From: an uncultured Nitrososphaerota archaeon
GTDB taxonomy: Archaea; Thermoproteota; Nitrososphaeria; Nitrososphaerales; Gagatemarchaeaceae
DNA length: 64,000 nt
NCBI GenBank assembly: GCA_963703285.1
Contig: OY969807.1
Coordinates: 1,440,001-1,504,000, forward strand
Direction: 5' to 3'
Shown here: positions 1-7,928 of the stretch, piece after piece
Layout: each line of letters starts with the position of its first letter
How positions within the stretch are numbered: position 1 is the stretch's first letter
Translations under genes and position numbers: made by a program
Notes under the pieces: generated by a model
Database searches by the model: none
What the model was told of the DNA's origin: nothing
Seen by the model: only the letters and a program-made list of their open reading frames with translations

Positions 1-372
1 CCCGTGAAGGAGCAGGAGGGCATCGTCGGCAGGACGAAGCTAGACGACATCGAGCTGGAGGACTCTGTGAAGCCGAGCTTCGCCCACAACGCGCTGGCGA
101 AGGTGGTGAGGGATGGGGAGCAGGTTGACATACTCCGGGACAACATGGCCTTCGGCCAAGCGGGGTTCGGCGAGTTCGGGACGTACTTCATCGGCTACAG
201 CAGGTCACCTGGCACGACGGAGGAGATGCTCCAGAACATGTTCGTCGGCAAGCCTCCCGGCAACTACGACAGGCTGCTGGACTTCAGCCGAGCCGTCACG
301 GGCAGCCTCTTCTTCGCGCCCTCGGCCACCTTCTTGGAGAGGGCCTCCAAGGTCGAACGTAGGACGGCCTGA
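1..372 (+). CDS. Dyp-type (dye-decolorizing) peroxidase, C-terminal part; 5' end lies outside the window
   Basis: Motifs GRTKLDDIEL, proximal His (AHN), ILRDNMAFG, GTYFIGY, NYDRLLDFS and TGSLFFAPS. Confidence 0.9.
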   Translation, partial: PVKEQEGIVGRTKLDDIELEDSVKPSFAHNALAKVVRDGEQVDILRDNMAFGQAGFGEFGTYFIGYSRSPGTTEEMLQNMFVGKPPGNYDRLLDFSRAVTGSLFFAPSATFLERASKVERRTA

Positions 373-497
373 TTCGCACCGGGGTTTGCCTGACTGTGTC
401 TGCTCGAGCGGGTTCTGTCGCCTGAAATGGTCGATTTGCAATCCAAGGTCACGGGCGTCACGGAAGAATAGCGCGACCGTCTCGCAATCTCGAGCTC

Positions 498-2552
498 TCA
501 GGAGGTCGCCTGCTGGCGTCGGACATTCCTGCGCCCCTTCCTCCTTCTCACTGCCAAGAACCCCGAGACCACCCCGAGACCCGCAATCCCTCCGACCGCC
601 GCGGCCTGAGGGAACGAGGTCGTCAGATGTTCGGCGACGCTCACAACGTCGCTGAGTGGGGCGAGGACTGGTTTCATGTAGCTGTCCACCACGTTGACCG
701 CATCAGAGAGTGGGGCCGTCACAGGAGCGACGTACTGGTCAACGGCTTTGACGACATCGGAGAGCGTCGCCACAGCAGGAGCGACGTACTGGTCAACGGC
801 TTTGACGACATCGGAGAGCGTCGCCACAGCAGGAGCGACGTAGGCGTCGCCTATGCTAACGGAATCTGTCAAGGGTGAGTTCACGGGAGGGGTGACTACA
901 TCTGCCGCAGCCACCGTATCCTGAAGAGTGGCTGTTACCGTCACGCCTTGGGGATAGACCGTGAGCGTAAAGACGCCCGCGCACGGCGAGGATATGTAGG
1001 GGTAGCAGGAGGTCCCGCCGTACAGGAGAGCCTCTCCGACCATTATCGTGTAGACTCCTGGCGACACAGAGGCTGAGGCCGTTATGGCCAGCCCGAACTC
1101 CCCGAGCGGCGGGGCTCCGGACTCCTCGAAGGGGTAGAACGTCAACGAAATCCCTGGCACCGGAGGAGACACCGAGTAGGCATAGACGGCCGTCGCGGGG
1201 GCTTCGCCGATGATCGTCCCGGTGACGAGAACGGGGAAGGAGTTGCCGATTCCGGCGAAGGCGGTCCCTGAATTCGGCGTCAGGGATACCAACTCCACCA
1301 CGTCTGCAACGGGCTCGACGGTGAGCTGGTATGTCGGTCGGACGCAAGAGCCCGAGCAGTCGGTCCCCGCGACAAAGAGCTCGTCATCAACTGTGATAGT
1401 GTAGATTCCAGCTGGAGCCGCTGGAGTAACTGTGATGACCATCGTGAAGATGGTGGAGGGTGGCGATCCAACGTCGTATCCAGGGTTGAAGGAGACGGAG
1501 ACGCCCGCCGGGTCCCCGCTGACGCTGGCCAGGGGAACTTCGCCGTCGACGTAGCCTCCGCTGACCTTGGGAGTCAGTGTCGAGTAGAGTGTGCCGCCGA
1601 TGCCCCCCGTGACCTCGCCCGACGTCGCGCTGAGGGTCAGGCTCGTCACCACGTCGTTGGACTGGAGGACGATTGTGGTCGAGGTTGAGGATGAGGAGGA
1701 TGAGGAGGAAGAGGAGGAAGAGGAGGAAGAGGAGGAAGAGGAGGAAGAGGAGGAAGAGGAGGAAGAGGAGGAAGAGGAGGAAGAGGAGGAAGAGGAGGAA
1801 GAGGACACTCCGGATGGCTCCAGTGCGATTCCTACTTCGGCCCAAGTGACCGATGAATCCATCGGAAGGGTCGCCGGGAATTCCGTGGGATTGGCTGCGC
1901 CACCATTGGAGTACTCCGCTACACCCGACTCTGCGGCGTCGTTCAACGGGGTCGAGAACGTGAACCCGGTCGCCGCGGTCGGACTAGACAATTCTTGCGT
2001 CCCAATCATGCCTAGAAGAAAGGCGCCGCTCTGGAACGATACAAGTCCGGGGTATGTCACAATCGAGGAGCCCGCCCCGATGCCGGTTGCAACCCCGATT
2101 CCCGAAGAGGTAACTCCCGAAATTTCGTAGATATAGAGGGCTGACTGTATGCTTGCGTAGGGGTTACTCCAAGTTATCATGACTTCATCAGAGCCGCCAC
2201 TTGTGAGAGCGGCGTAGTATACGTAGGTGCACACAGGATCGTTGCACGTTGACCCGGCTAGAGAGTATGACGATCCCAAAGTGTCGGTCACGGAGGTAAC
2301 GGAATCACCGTAGGTTGCCACGCCTACCACGACGATGTCTCCGCTGGCCACGCCGTCAGTGAATGTCGCCGACAGAGCGCACGACATCGACTCCCCGCAA
2401 CCGCTACTGGTCTGCTGGACGAGCGACGAATCGGCTCTAACCAGTGGGGCGTTAGCCAGCACCGAGACAAGAAAGATCAAGAAGACGACCAGGACTGCGA
2501 GCGCGGGGAACCTGAATCCTACAGGTTTTCGCGGCTTATTTGACTGGGTCAT
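498..2552 (-). CDS. Secreted, C-terminally anchored cell-surface protein with poly-Ser linker and 18-aa repeats
   Basis: N-terminal signal peptide; beta-rich Ser/Thr domains; ~40-Ser tract; LSDVVKAVDQYVAPAVAT repeats; C-terminal TM helix followed by RRRKGRR. Confidence 0.8.
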   Translation of the reverse strand: MTQSNKPRKPVGFRFPALAVLVVFLIFLVSVLANAPLVRADSSLVQQTSSGCGESMSCALSATFTDGVASGDIVVVGVATYGDSVTSVTDTLGSSYSLAGSTCNDPVCTYVYYAALTSGGSDEVMITWSNPYASIQSALYIYEISGVTSSGIGVATGIGAGSSIVTYPGLVSFQSGAFLLGMIGTQELSSPTAATGFTFSTPLNDAAESGVAEYSNGGAANPTEFPATLPMDSSVTWAEVGIALEPSGVSSSSSSSSSSSSSSSSSSSSSSSSSSSSSSSSSSSSSSSSTSTTIVLQSNDVVTSLTLSATSGEVTGGIGGTLYSTLTPKVSGGYVDGEVPLASVSGDPAGVSVSFNPGYDVGSPPSTIFTMVITVTPAAPAGIYTITVDDELFVAGTDCSGSCVRPTYQLTVEPVADVVELVSLTPNSGTAFAGIGNSFPVLVTGTIIGEAPATAVYAYSVSPPVPGISLTFYPFEESGAPPLGEFGLAITASASVSPGVYTIMVGEALLYGGTSCYPYISSPCAGVFTLTVYPQGVTVTATLQDTVAAADVVTPPVNSPLTDSVSIGDAYVAPAVATLSDVVKAVDQYVAPAVATLSDVVKAVDQYVAPVTAPLSDAVNVVDSYMKPVLAPLSDVVSVAEHLTTSFPQAAAVGGIAGLGVVSGFLAVRRRKGRRNVRRQQATS
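722..842. repeat. 54-bp tandem repeat (two identical copies plus a partial third) encoding 18-aa units
   Basis: caggagcgacgtactggtcaacggctttgacgacatcggagagcgtcgccacag at 722 and 776; partial copy from 830. Confidence 0.9.
1702..1800. repeat. (GAGGAGGAA)x11 in-frame tandem repeat encoding poly-Ser on the minus strand
   Basis: Eleven perfect 9-bp units read directly. Confidence 0.95.
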
Positions 2553-2704
2553 GGTGTCACTTCCGGCCAGCCCAGAGCGACAGGAAACATTATGGCGCCA
2601 TCGGTGGCGAAGGTGAACAGCTCGGCCGCGCAGGCTAAGGCTCGGTCCGTCGCCAGCAAACTAATGCAGGAGACTCCAAGCCAGCCCGTCTCACTCAACT
2701 CATC

Positions 2705-3472
2705 TCAGGATACCGTGAACTGGATCGTGACGAGCATCGAGTCTCCGGCGGCGACCGAGATGGGAGTCGGGACGGTGAGAATGTCGAATGCAGCGTTACC
2801 TATACCATAGCTCGGGTTCGCCATTTGCGAGAGAGGTCCAGCGCCGGCCTCCAGGACCGCACATGGAGTTTGCGATATGTCGTAGATGCAGTTAGTCGCT
2901 GTGAATGTCGTCGGGCCGAATGTCGCCTGGGTTATCCAGCCACTACAGAGGGGTCCCGTGGGGGCCGGGGTGCCAGCGTTCGGGTCACACCCCAGCGGTG
3001 TGAGGATATTCGTTGCCGCAGCGTTAGCCTGACATCCGGTGACGCTGAAACCGTTTTCCGTTTCCGCTCCGGCGTTCTCTGAACAAGTTCCGCCTATGAA
3101 GGGGTAGCTCGCCGGAGCGAAGACAATCGCGACGCCGTTGATGAACGAGGAACAGGAGCCGTTAGCAGGCGTCGAAGCTGGTCCTACGGGGTCGGTGCTG
3201 CCTCCAACAGACCCCGGTATGCACGCAGCGATTGCGTTGACCGCGATGTTGGTCAAGGGGTCCGGACCGGTCCACGTGGATACCACCTTGCCGTCCGGCG
3301 CCACGACCTTGATCGTCTCCGTGCCGCTGAGGTACAGACCGTCAGTCACTTTTCCGCTTGTATTCGTATTGAGAACGTTCGACAACACGGTCGAACCGAG
3401 AAGGACACCGATAGCTAGACTTCCGACAACGACAAGCGAGACCTTCGCCTTGGACGAAAGCTGCAAATGCAA
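2705..3472 (-). CDS. Secreted or membrane-anchored Cys-rich beta protein, hypothetical
   Basis: N-terminal hydrophobic segment, several Cys, terminal beta-strand GDSMLVTIQFTVS; co-oriented upstream of the 684-aa surface protein. Confidence 0.7.
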   Translation of the reverse strand: MHLQLSSKAKVSLVVVGSLAIGVLLGSTVLSNVLNTNTSGKVTDGLYLSGTETIKVVAPDGKVVSTWTGPDPLTNIAVNAIAACIPGSVGGSTDPVGPASTPANGSCSSFINGVAIVFAPASYPFIGGTCSENAGAETENGFSVTGCQANAAATNILTPLGCDPNAGTPAPTGPLCSGWITQATFGPTTFTATNCIYDISQTPCAVLEAGAGPLSQMANPSYGIGNAAFDILTVPTPISVAAGDSMLVTIQFTVS

Positions 3473-3537
3473 CTAAGCGCATATAACTTATGACATAAAA
3501 GTCTTCTGGAACATGAATACGAATGTTTCCTTTCGCT

Positions 3538-3680
3538 GAGGTGTGTCGAATAACTGGAAGTTTAGTCGCACTTGAATTAAATCCGCCAGAAAGAAAGCGC
3601 AGAATTGACACCCTTGTACCAATCGGTCGACCTGAAATAGTCCGAGTTCACGGTAAACGGCGAGTTATTCGACACACCTC
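3538..3680. mobile_element. MITE-like non-autonomous element, 143 bp
   Basis: Perfect 18-bp terminal inverted repeats gaggtgtgtcgaataact (3538-3555) and agttattcgacacacctc (3663-3680); flanking direct repeat tttcgct (3531-3537, 3681-3687). Confidence 0.85.
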
Positions 3681-4022
3681 TTTCGCTGTGAAGAGAAGGC
3701 TTCCGCCAATTCGTAGGTGTGACGGATTCGAACTCGAGAACCCCCTGAAAGTTCCGTTATGTGTCAGGAGATTCTCGCTGGATTCGATTCTTGCTGACCG
3801 CCAATGCTCCTCCACCATCGTGATAGGAGTTCCGAGTTCCATCGAGAACTCGCGTGAGTTGTGAATATTGTAAAGGCTCAAATGTGGTTCAAAGAGCCTC
3901 CTTGGTAACGTACAGGGCGATGAACAAGAACGAGTAGTCTCTAAGCGTCATCGAGCGGTATGGACCGTCCTCGCAACGTTTTTCTAACATATGCCAACCA
4001 CGACGCGACAACCGCCTTGGTA

Positions 4023-4553
4023 ATGGTCTTCCAGGTAGCCGCGCCGGCGGGACTGGCTGACGCTGTCTATGGGGTGGTCGCGGCGCTGCTCATCACGGGC
4101 GCCGTGATTGCCTTGCTCTCATTGAGGGCTGGGAAGGAGAAGAGGGTGAAGCTACTCGTCGTCGGCGTTGTGGTGCTCGTGGCTGGCGGGGGCGTCTTCT
4201 TCGTCTCCAACCCCACCCATCAGGACTCGATAAGAGTCGGATCAGGTTCCGTCCAGGTCTCCACTTCTTTCTTCAACGTCAACGTCACCTCGAACCAGAT
4301 ATCCCGAGCCTTCGTCGTCAACTTCTCCAACTGGAATGTCTCGATAACCTCGAGGACCGACGGGTCGGCGTTCGGCTCGTTTCACTCCGGGTTCTTCTCG
4401 CTTTCCAACGGGGCCAAGGCCGAAGTGCTTACCACCGAAGACACCAACTTGGTAGTGGTGCTCGACAGCGGCACCTATCTCATCCTCGGCCCGTCAGACT
4501 TTCAGTCGTTTCTGAACTCGTTCAGCCAGTCAGTGATGCAGGTCTCCGGTTGA
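4023..4553 (+). CDS. Membrane protein with bacterial PH-like (bPH_5-type) domain
   Basis: Two N-terminal TM helices then RTDGSAFGSFHSGFFSLSNG motif; start uncertain (ORF track gives 3960). Confidence 0.65.
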   Translation: MVFQVAAPAGLADAVYGVVAALLITGAVIALLSLRAGKEKRVKLLVVGVVVLVAGGGVFFVSNPTHQDSIRVGSGSVQVSTSFFNVNVTSNQISRAFVVNFSNWNVSITSRTDGSAFGSFHSGFFSLSNGAKAEVLTTEDTNLVVVLDSGTYLILGPSDFQSFLNSFSQSVMQVSG

Positions 4554-4763
4554 CTCACAGTTCAGCCGTCCCGGCTAGTCTCATCAACCCGAGCTGAAGC
4601 GTGGTGTCCGGACGAATTTTCGTTTGCCACGGATTCCTGCGAGAACCCCAATCGCCACAGCGGTTCTGCAATTCCTGATTCTGCGAATTCCGGTTTCTAG
4701 CCCTTTCAAACGGGGTAAGCATCATGCTCAAACCAGGTGCAAACCGTGACTTGCGAGTTTGTA

Positions 4764-4783
4764 TGGTGCGGGGGGTGGGATTC
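4764..4783 (-). repeat. att-like exact duplication of the tRNA-Leu 3' end (site S1)
   Basis: tggtgcggggggtgggattc is identical to 7621-7640. Confidence 0.9.
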
Positions 4784-4832
4784 CAGCCCTAATTTGCTGG
4801 TAAATAGTAAACCGATAAGAATCGTTTGTAGT

Positions 4833-4875
4833 CTGGTGAGCTCGACCAGTATACTTTCGTCTGATAGATTTGAAT
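4833..4875 (-). repeat. Degenerate att-like site (S5), homologous to the site at 5650-5695
   Basis: ctggtgagc-tcgaccagtatactttcgt versus ctggtgagcttcgaccagtatgctttcgt, each followed by gattt. Confidence 0.75.
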
Positions 4876-4920
4876 CATAATTAGGAATAGACCAGGTTTC
4901 GGGGAGGAGTGTCCACAATC

Positions 4921-5349
4921 CTACCTCAAATCCCCTTTGAAGATCCACTGGACGCCATACTTATCATAGAACTGCCCATACATTCCGAATGGCATTTCGT
5001 GCAACTCCTGGAACCGCGATTTTTCTGCTCTTGCCGCAAGTTTGTCAAAGACTCTTTTCAGCTCCTCGTATGCTCCACCGATAACAAATACAGCGTATGA
5101 ATTCCCCTGTTTCCACTCAAGTGCAGGGGAAGCCATCCAGTCTGTTGCAGAAATTTCTAAATCACCGCTTTTCAATTGAGCATTTATGATTCTGTCGTGC
5201 TTTTCTTTTGGGAACTGGGCTTTCATGGGGGTATCGCCAACCTTCGTGAGCTTCAGGTCTCCGCCAAGACATTCGTGGTAAAATGTCAGGACTTCTGCAC
5301 AATTTCCGTCAAACAGAAGGAATGGCGTGCAACGCAACATGTTGTTCAC
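4921..5349 (-). CDS. VOC family / PhnB-like protein
   Basis: PFLLFDGNC..LTFYHECLGG at the N-terminus and PFGMYGQFYDKYGVQW at the C-terminus; AT-richer than the core genes. Confidence 0.9.
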   Translation of the reverse strand: MNNMLRCTPFLLFDGNCAEVLTFYHECLGGDLKLTKVGDTPMKAQFPKEKHDRIINAQLKSGDLEISATDWMASPALEWKQGNSYAVFVIGGAYEELKRVFDKLAARAEKSRFQELHEMPFGMYGQFYDKYGVQWIFKGDLR

Positions 5350-5403
5350 CTTAGTCCTTTGGCATTGTCCATATTAATGATATCATGTTTTGGACCAAAA
5401 TCA

Positions 5404-5424
5404 GTGGGGCCGGTGAGATTCGAA
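5404..5424 (-). repeat. tRNA 3'-end-like att site (S2)
   Basis: gtggggccggtgagattcgaa is the reverse complement of a T-loop, T-stem and acceptor strand. Confidence 0.7.
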
Positions 5425-5469
5425 AAGTAGCAGGCAGTAATGGGAGTCAAGCAGTGACTTGCTTCGGCT

Positions 5470-5626
5470 TCGTCGTGAACAGCCTCCTCTCCTCGTCGCT
5501 GAGAAAGTTATAGCAAGGATACGAGCACCGACACCGAACGAGGAGTACTTCCTGATGACCTTCTTCGGGTTCCTCGTTATCGGCCTTTATTTCATGGGGA
5601 AAATCACCAAGCGAACTCGGACCTAA
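5470..5626 (+). pseudogene. Possible decayed 3' fragment of a membrane protein gene
   Basis: Frame PNEEYFLMTFFGFLVIGLYFMGKITKRTRT* with host-like codons and no clear start. Confidence 0.35.
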
Positions 5627-5640
5627 AGGAAGTCGAAAAG

Positions 5641-5695
5641 TCGGCGGGGCTGGTGAGCTTCGACCAGTATGCTTTCGTTTTTTGGATTTGGATTA
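5641..5695 (-). repeat. tRNA 3'-end-like att site (S3) with arm motif
   Basis: ggcggggctggtgagcttcga followed by ccagtatgctttcgt, shared with S5. Confidence 0.7.
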
Positions 5696-5975
5696 ACCCT
5701 CAGACGAGGCTAAAACTTGCGTGACAAAATGGATGAGCCCATGAGCAATCAGCTTTGATGTAGTGGTTAACCGCTCCTTATACTTCGATACCTGAGTAAA
5801 GGTATAACGAACCCAATCTGTAAAGTACCTCATCTGTATTCTGCCCGTTCGAAATGGAGTGAGGGAAAGAAAACAATTGGGCCATTCCGAGGAAAAGGGA
5901 TTGCTTTGGAGATTTAGTCTATCGAGGGGTTTAATAGATATCCAAAAGATCAGGATAGATACTCGACGAGATGGG

Positions 5976-7199
5976 CTACCTGGTCAGGGGTTTATTCCTC
6001 TTTCTTCCCAGAGGTGAGCGCGCCACCGCAAGAATCACTCCGATCTGGACGAGCACTAGCACTATGTAGGAGACCGGGAGTGATGTGCTAGAAGCTGCGC
6101 TTGTTGTAGTAGACGTAGCAGAGGTGACCTCAGTGGCCGTCGAGGAGGCAACTGAGCCGGAGACCACAAAGACCTTGCTGGAGCCATCACTCACGAACAG
6201 CTCGCCCTTGCCCGAGTCGTAAGCCACGCCATCCGCACCGCCCGTACCGTATACGCCGCCTAGGGTCAGGTTCCCTACGACCGCGTTTGTAGAGTCGGAT
6301 ATCATGTAGACGACGGCGCCTACGCCAGTGGTCGCGAGGACATCTCCGCTGGCAGGGTCGTATGCCATGTTGTAGAGAGCAGGCCCCAAGACCAGGTTAG
6401 CCACCACTGTGTTCGTGGCGTCCGAAATCACTGTGACGTTGTTTGGAGCGGCACCGCCGTAGTTTGTGCCGACAAACATCTCGTCTCTAGCCGCGTCATA
6501 CGCCACGGTTGAAGGCCATTCCCCTACAGTCACGTTCGCAACGACCTTATTGTCGCTGTCAGAGATTACCGATACCGTATTGGACGATATCGGGCAATAA
6601 CCTGTGCAGGAGTCGGAATCGGCTACGTACAACTCTCCCTTGGTTGGATCGTACGCGATACCGTTAGGCCCGCTTCCCCCTGTCCCACTGCTCGCTATCG
6701 TAACGTTTGTGACTACGGTGTTCGTGCTATCCGAGATCACGGACACGGTGTTTGAGCCGTGGTTGGATACGAAGATCTCGCCCTTGGCTGAGTCATACGC
6801 TAGACCGGCAGGCCCGCTCCCCACCTTAACGGTTGCGACTACAGCGTTGGTACTGTCCGAAATCACGGACACGGTGTTTGAGCCGTAGTTTGATGCGAAG
6901 ACCTCGCCCTTGCTCGAATCATACGCCACCTGGACGGGGTCGCTCCCCGCGCTCACGTTCGCCACCACTGAGTTGGTGGCGTCGGATATTACGGCTACAG
7001 AGTTCGCGCCATATGCAGAGTCGGCGACGAAGACCTCGCCCTTCGCTGAATCGTATGCTAGGCCTCCGGGCCCGCCATGGACCGTCACGCTCGCAACCAC
7101 AGTCATGCTCGCTGCACTGGCCAACGGGACCTCAGCCGAAGCAAAGACCAGAAGTAGGAGGACTGTCAGGACGACCGCTGCGCGACCTGCGAAACGCAC
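5976..7199 (-). CDS. YVTN/YncE-type beta-propeller surface protein
   Basis: Signal peptide; repeated P.GLAYDSAKGE.FV.N.GSNTVSVISDSTN blades; Ser/Thr linker; C-terminal TM helix and basic tail. Confidence 0.9.
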   Translation of the reverse strand: MRFAGRAAVVLTVLLLLVFASAEVPLASAASMTVVASVTVHGGPGGLAYDSAKGEVFVADSAYGANSVAVISDATNSVVANVSAGSDPVQVAYDSSKGEVFASNYGSNTVSVISDSTNAVVATVKVGSGPAGLAYDSAKGEIFVSNHGSNTVSVISDSTNTVVTNVTIASSGTGGSGPNGIAYDPTKGELYVADSDSCTGYCPISSNTVSVISDSDNKVVANVTVGEWPSTVAYDAARDEMFVGTNYGGAAPNNVTVISDATNTVVANLVLGPALYNMAYDPASGDVLATTGVGAVVYMISDSTNAVVGNLTLGGVYGTGGADGVAYDSGKGELFVSDGSSKVFVVSGSVASSTATEVTSATSTTTSAASSTSLPVSYIVLVLVQIGVILAVARSPLGRKRNKPLTR

Positions 7200-7532
7200 C
7201 TACCGTCGTGCCAGACCCGAGTTATTATCGTTTTAGGGTACTTGCCGCTGCCGCCGAATTTGACCTCGTTGCTTCCTTCTTTAGCGCGGATGCCCCCTAT
7301 CAATTCCGCAGGGCCAGAGCTCTCAGTTTTTTGGTGCGTTAGAGAAACCCCACGGGCTAGAAGCCCGTGGTCCGCAAGCTTGTCACGTGATTCTTCCAAG
7401 GTTTCCGCGGGGCCCTCACTGGCCCTCTGTGCGCACAGGAGGGGTTGGTTCTGCCGTCGCTTGGGCCTGGCTCAATAGGCCGATGGGATTGCGTGTTTGG
7501 CCTAATAAAGACGCGGATTTGAATAGTATACT

Positions 7533-7573
7533 TGGTGCGGCCGGTGAGATTTGAGCCACAATTTACTAGTAAA
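7533..7573 (-). repeat. tRNA 3'-end-like att site (S4) with palindromic arm
   Basis: tggtgcggccggtgagatttgagcc (includes ACCA end on the minus strand) followed by the palindrome tttactagtaaa. Confidence 0.75.
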
Positions 7574-7620
7574 GTCGGGTGGAAATAAATCCACATTATC
7601 GAGCAATGAGACGCGAATTT

Positions 7621-7708
7621 TGGTGCGGGGGGTGGGATTCGAACCCACGAACCCCTAAGGGATTGGAGCCTCAGTCCAACGCCGTTGGCCATGCTGGGCG
7701 ACCCCCGC
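7621..7708 (-). tRNA. tRNA-Leu(GAG), CCA encoded
   Basis: Acceptor GCGGGGG/CCCCCGC; anticodon arm TTGGA-CT GAG GC-TCCAA; long variable arm; GTGGG TTCGAAT CCCAC. Confidence 0.95.
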
Positions 7709-7768
7709 GCGCTTGCCGCCTTGATTCCTGCGAATCTAAAACTCTTCCGAGTTACGGTCAGCGTCTAG

Positions 7769-7778
7769 ATTTTAAAAG
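7769..7778 (+). promoter_or_regulatory. TATA box upstream of tRNA-Thr
   Basis: attttaaaag about 26-35 nt upstream of the tRNA 5' end. Confidence 0.6.
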
Positions 7779-7803
7779 CGCGCCGGAGGGGGCGATGGGA
7801 CGT

Positions 7804-7899
7804 GCCGGCGTAGCTCAGTTGGTAGAGCGTGCGCCTCGTAAGCGCAAGGTCGAGGGATCGACACGGCTGGGAGCCGCGATAAACCCTCCGCCGGCTCCA
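7804..7899 (+). tRNA. tRNA-Thr(CGT) with a 20-nt non-canonical intron at position 59/60 (7863-7882), CCA encoded
   Basis: Acceptor GCCGGCG/CGCCGGC; anticodon arm TGCGC-CT CGT AA-GCGCA; T-arm interrupted by a strict BHB: GAGGG ATCG ACA CGGCT GGG AGCCG CGAT AAA CCCTC. Confidence 0.93.
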
Positions 7900-7928
7900 T
7901 ATTCACAGCGCATGAATGACTATCCAGT

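Noticed and set aside
1387-2130. Poly-Glu ORF (1591-2130 +) and LLF-repeat ORF (1387-1845 -)
   Set aside because: Shadow frames of the poly-Ser tract in the 684-aa surface protein.
3714-3740. ggattcgaactc as a further tRNA-like att site
   Set aside because: Only the T-loop-like part matches; there is no acceptor strand and no shared arm motif.
4600-4622. tggtgtccggacgaattt as a degenerate att site
   Set aside because: Too diverged to distinguish from chance.
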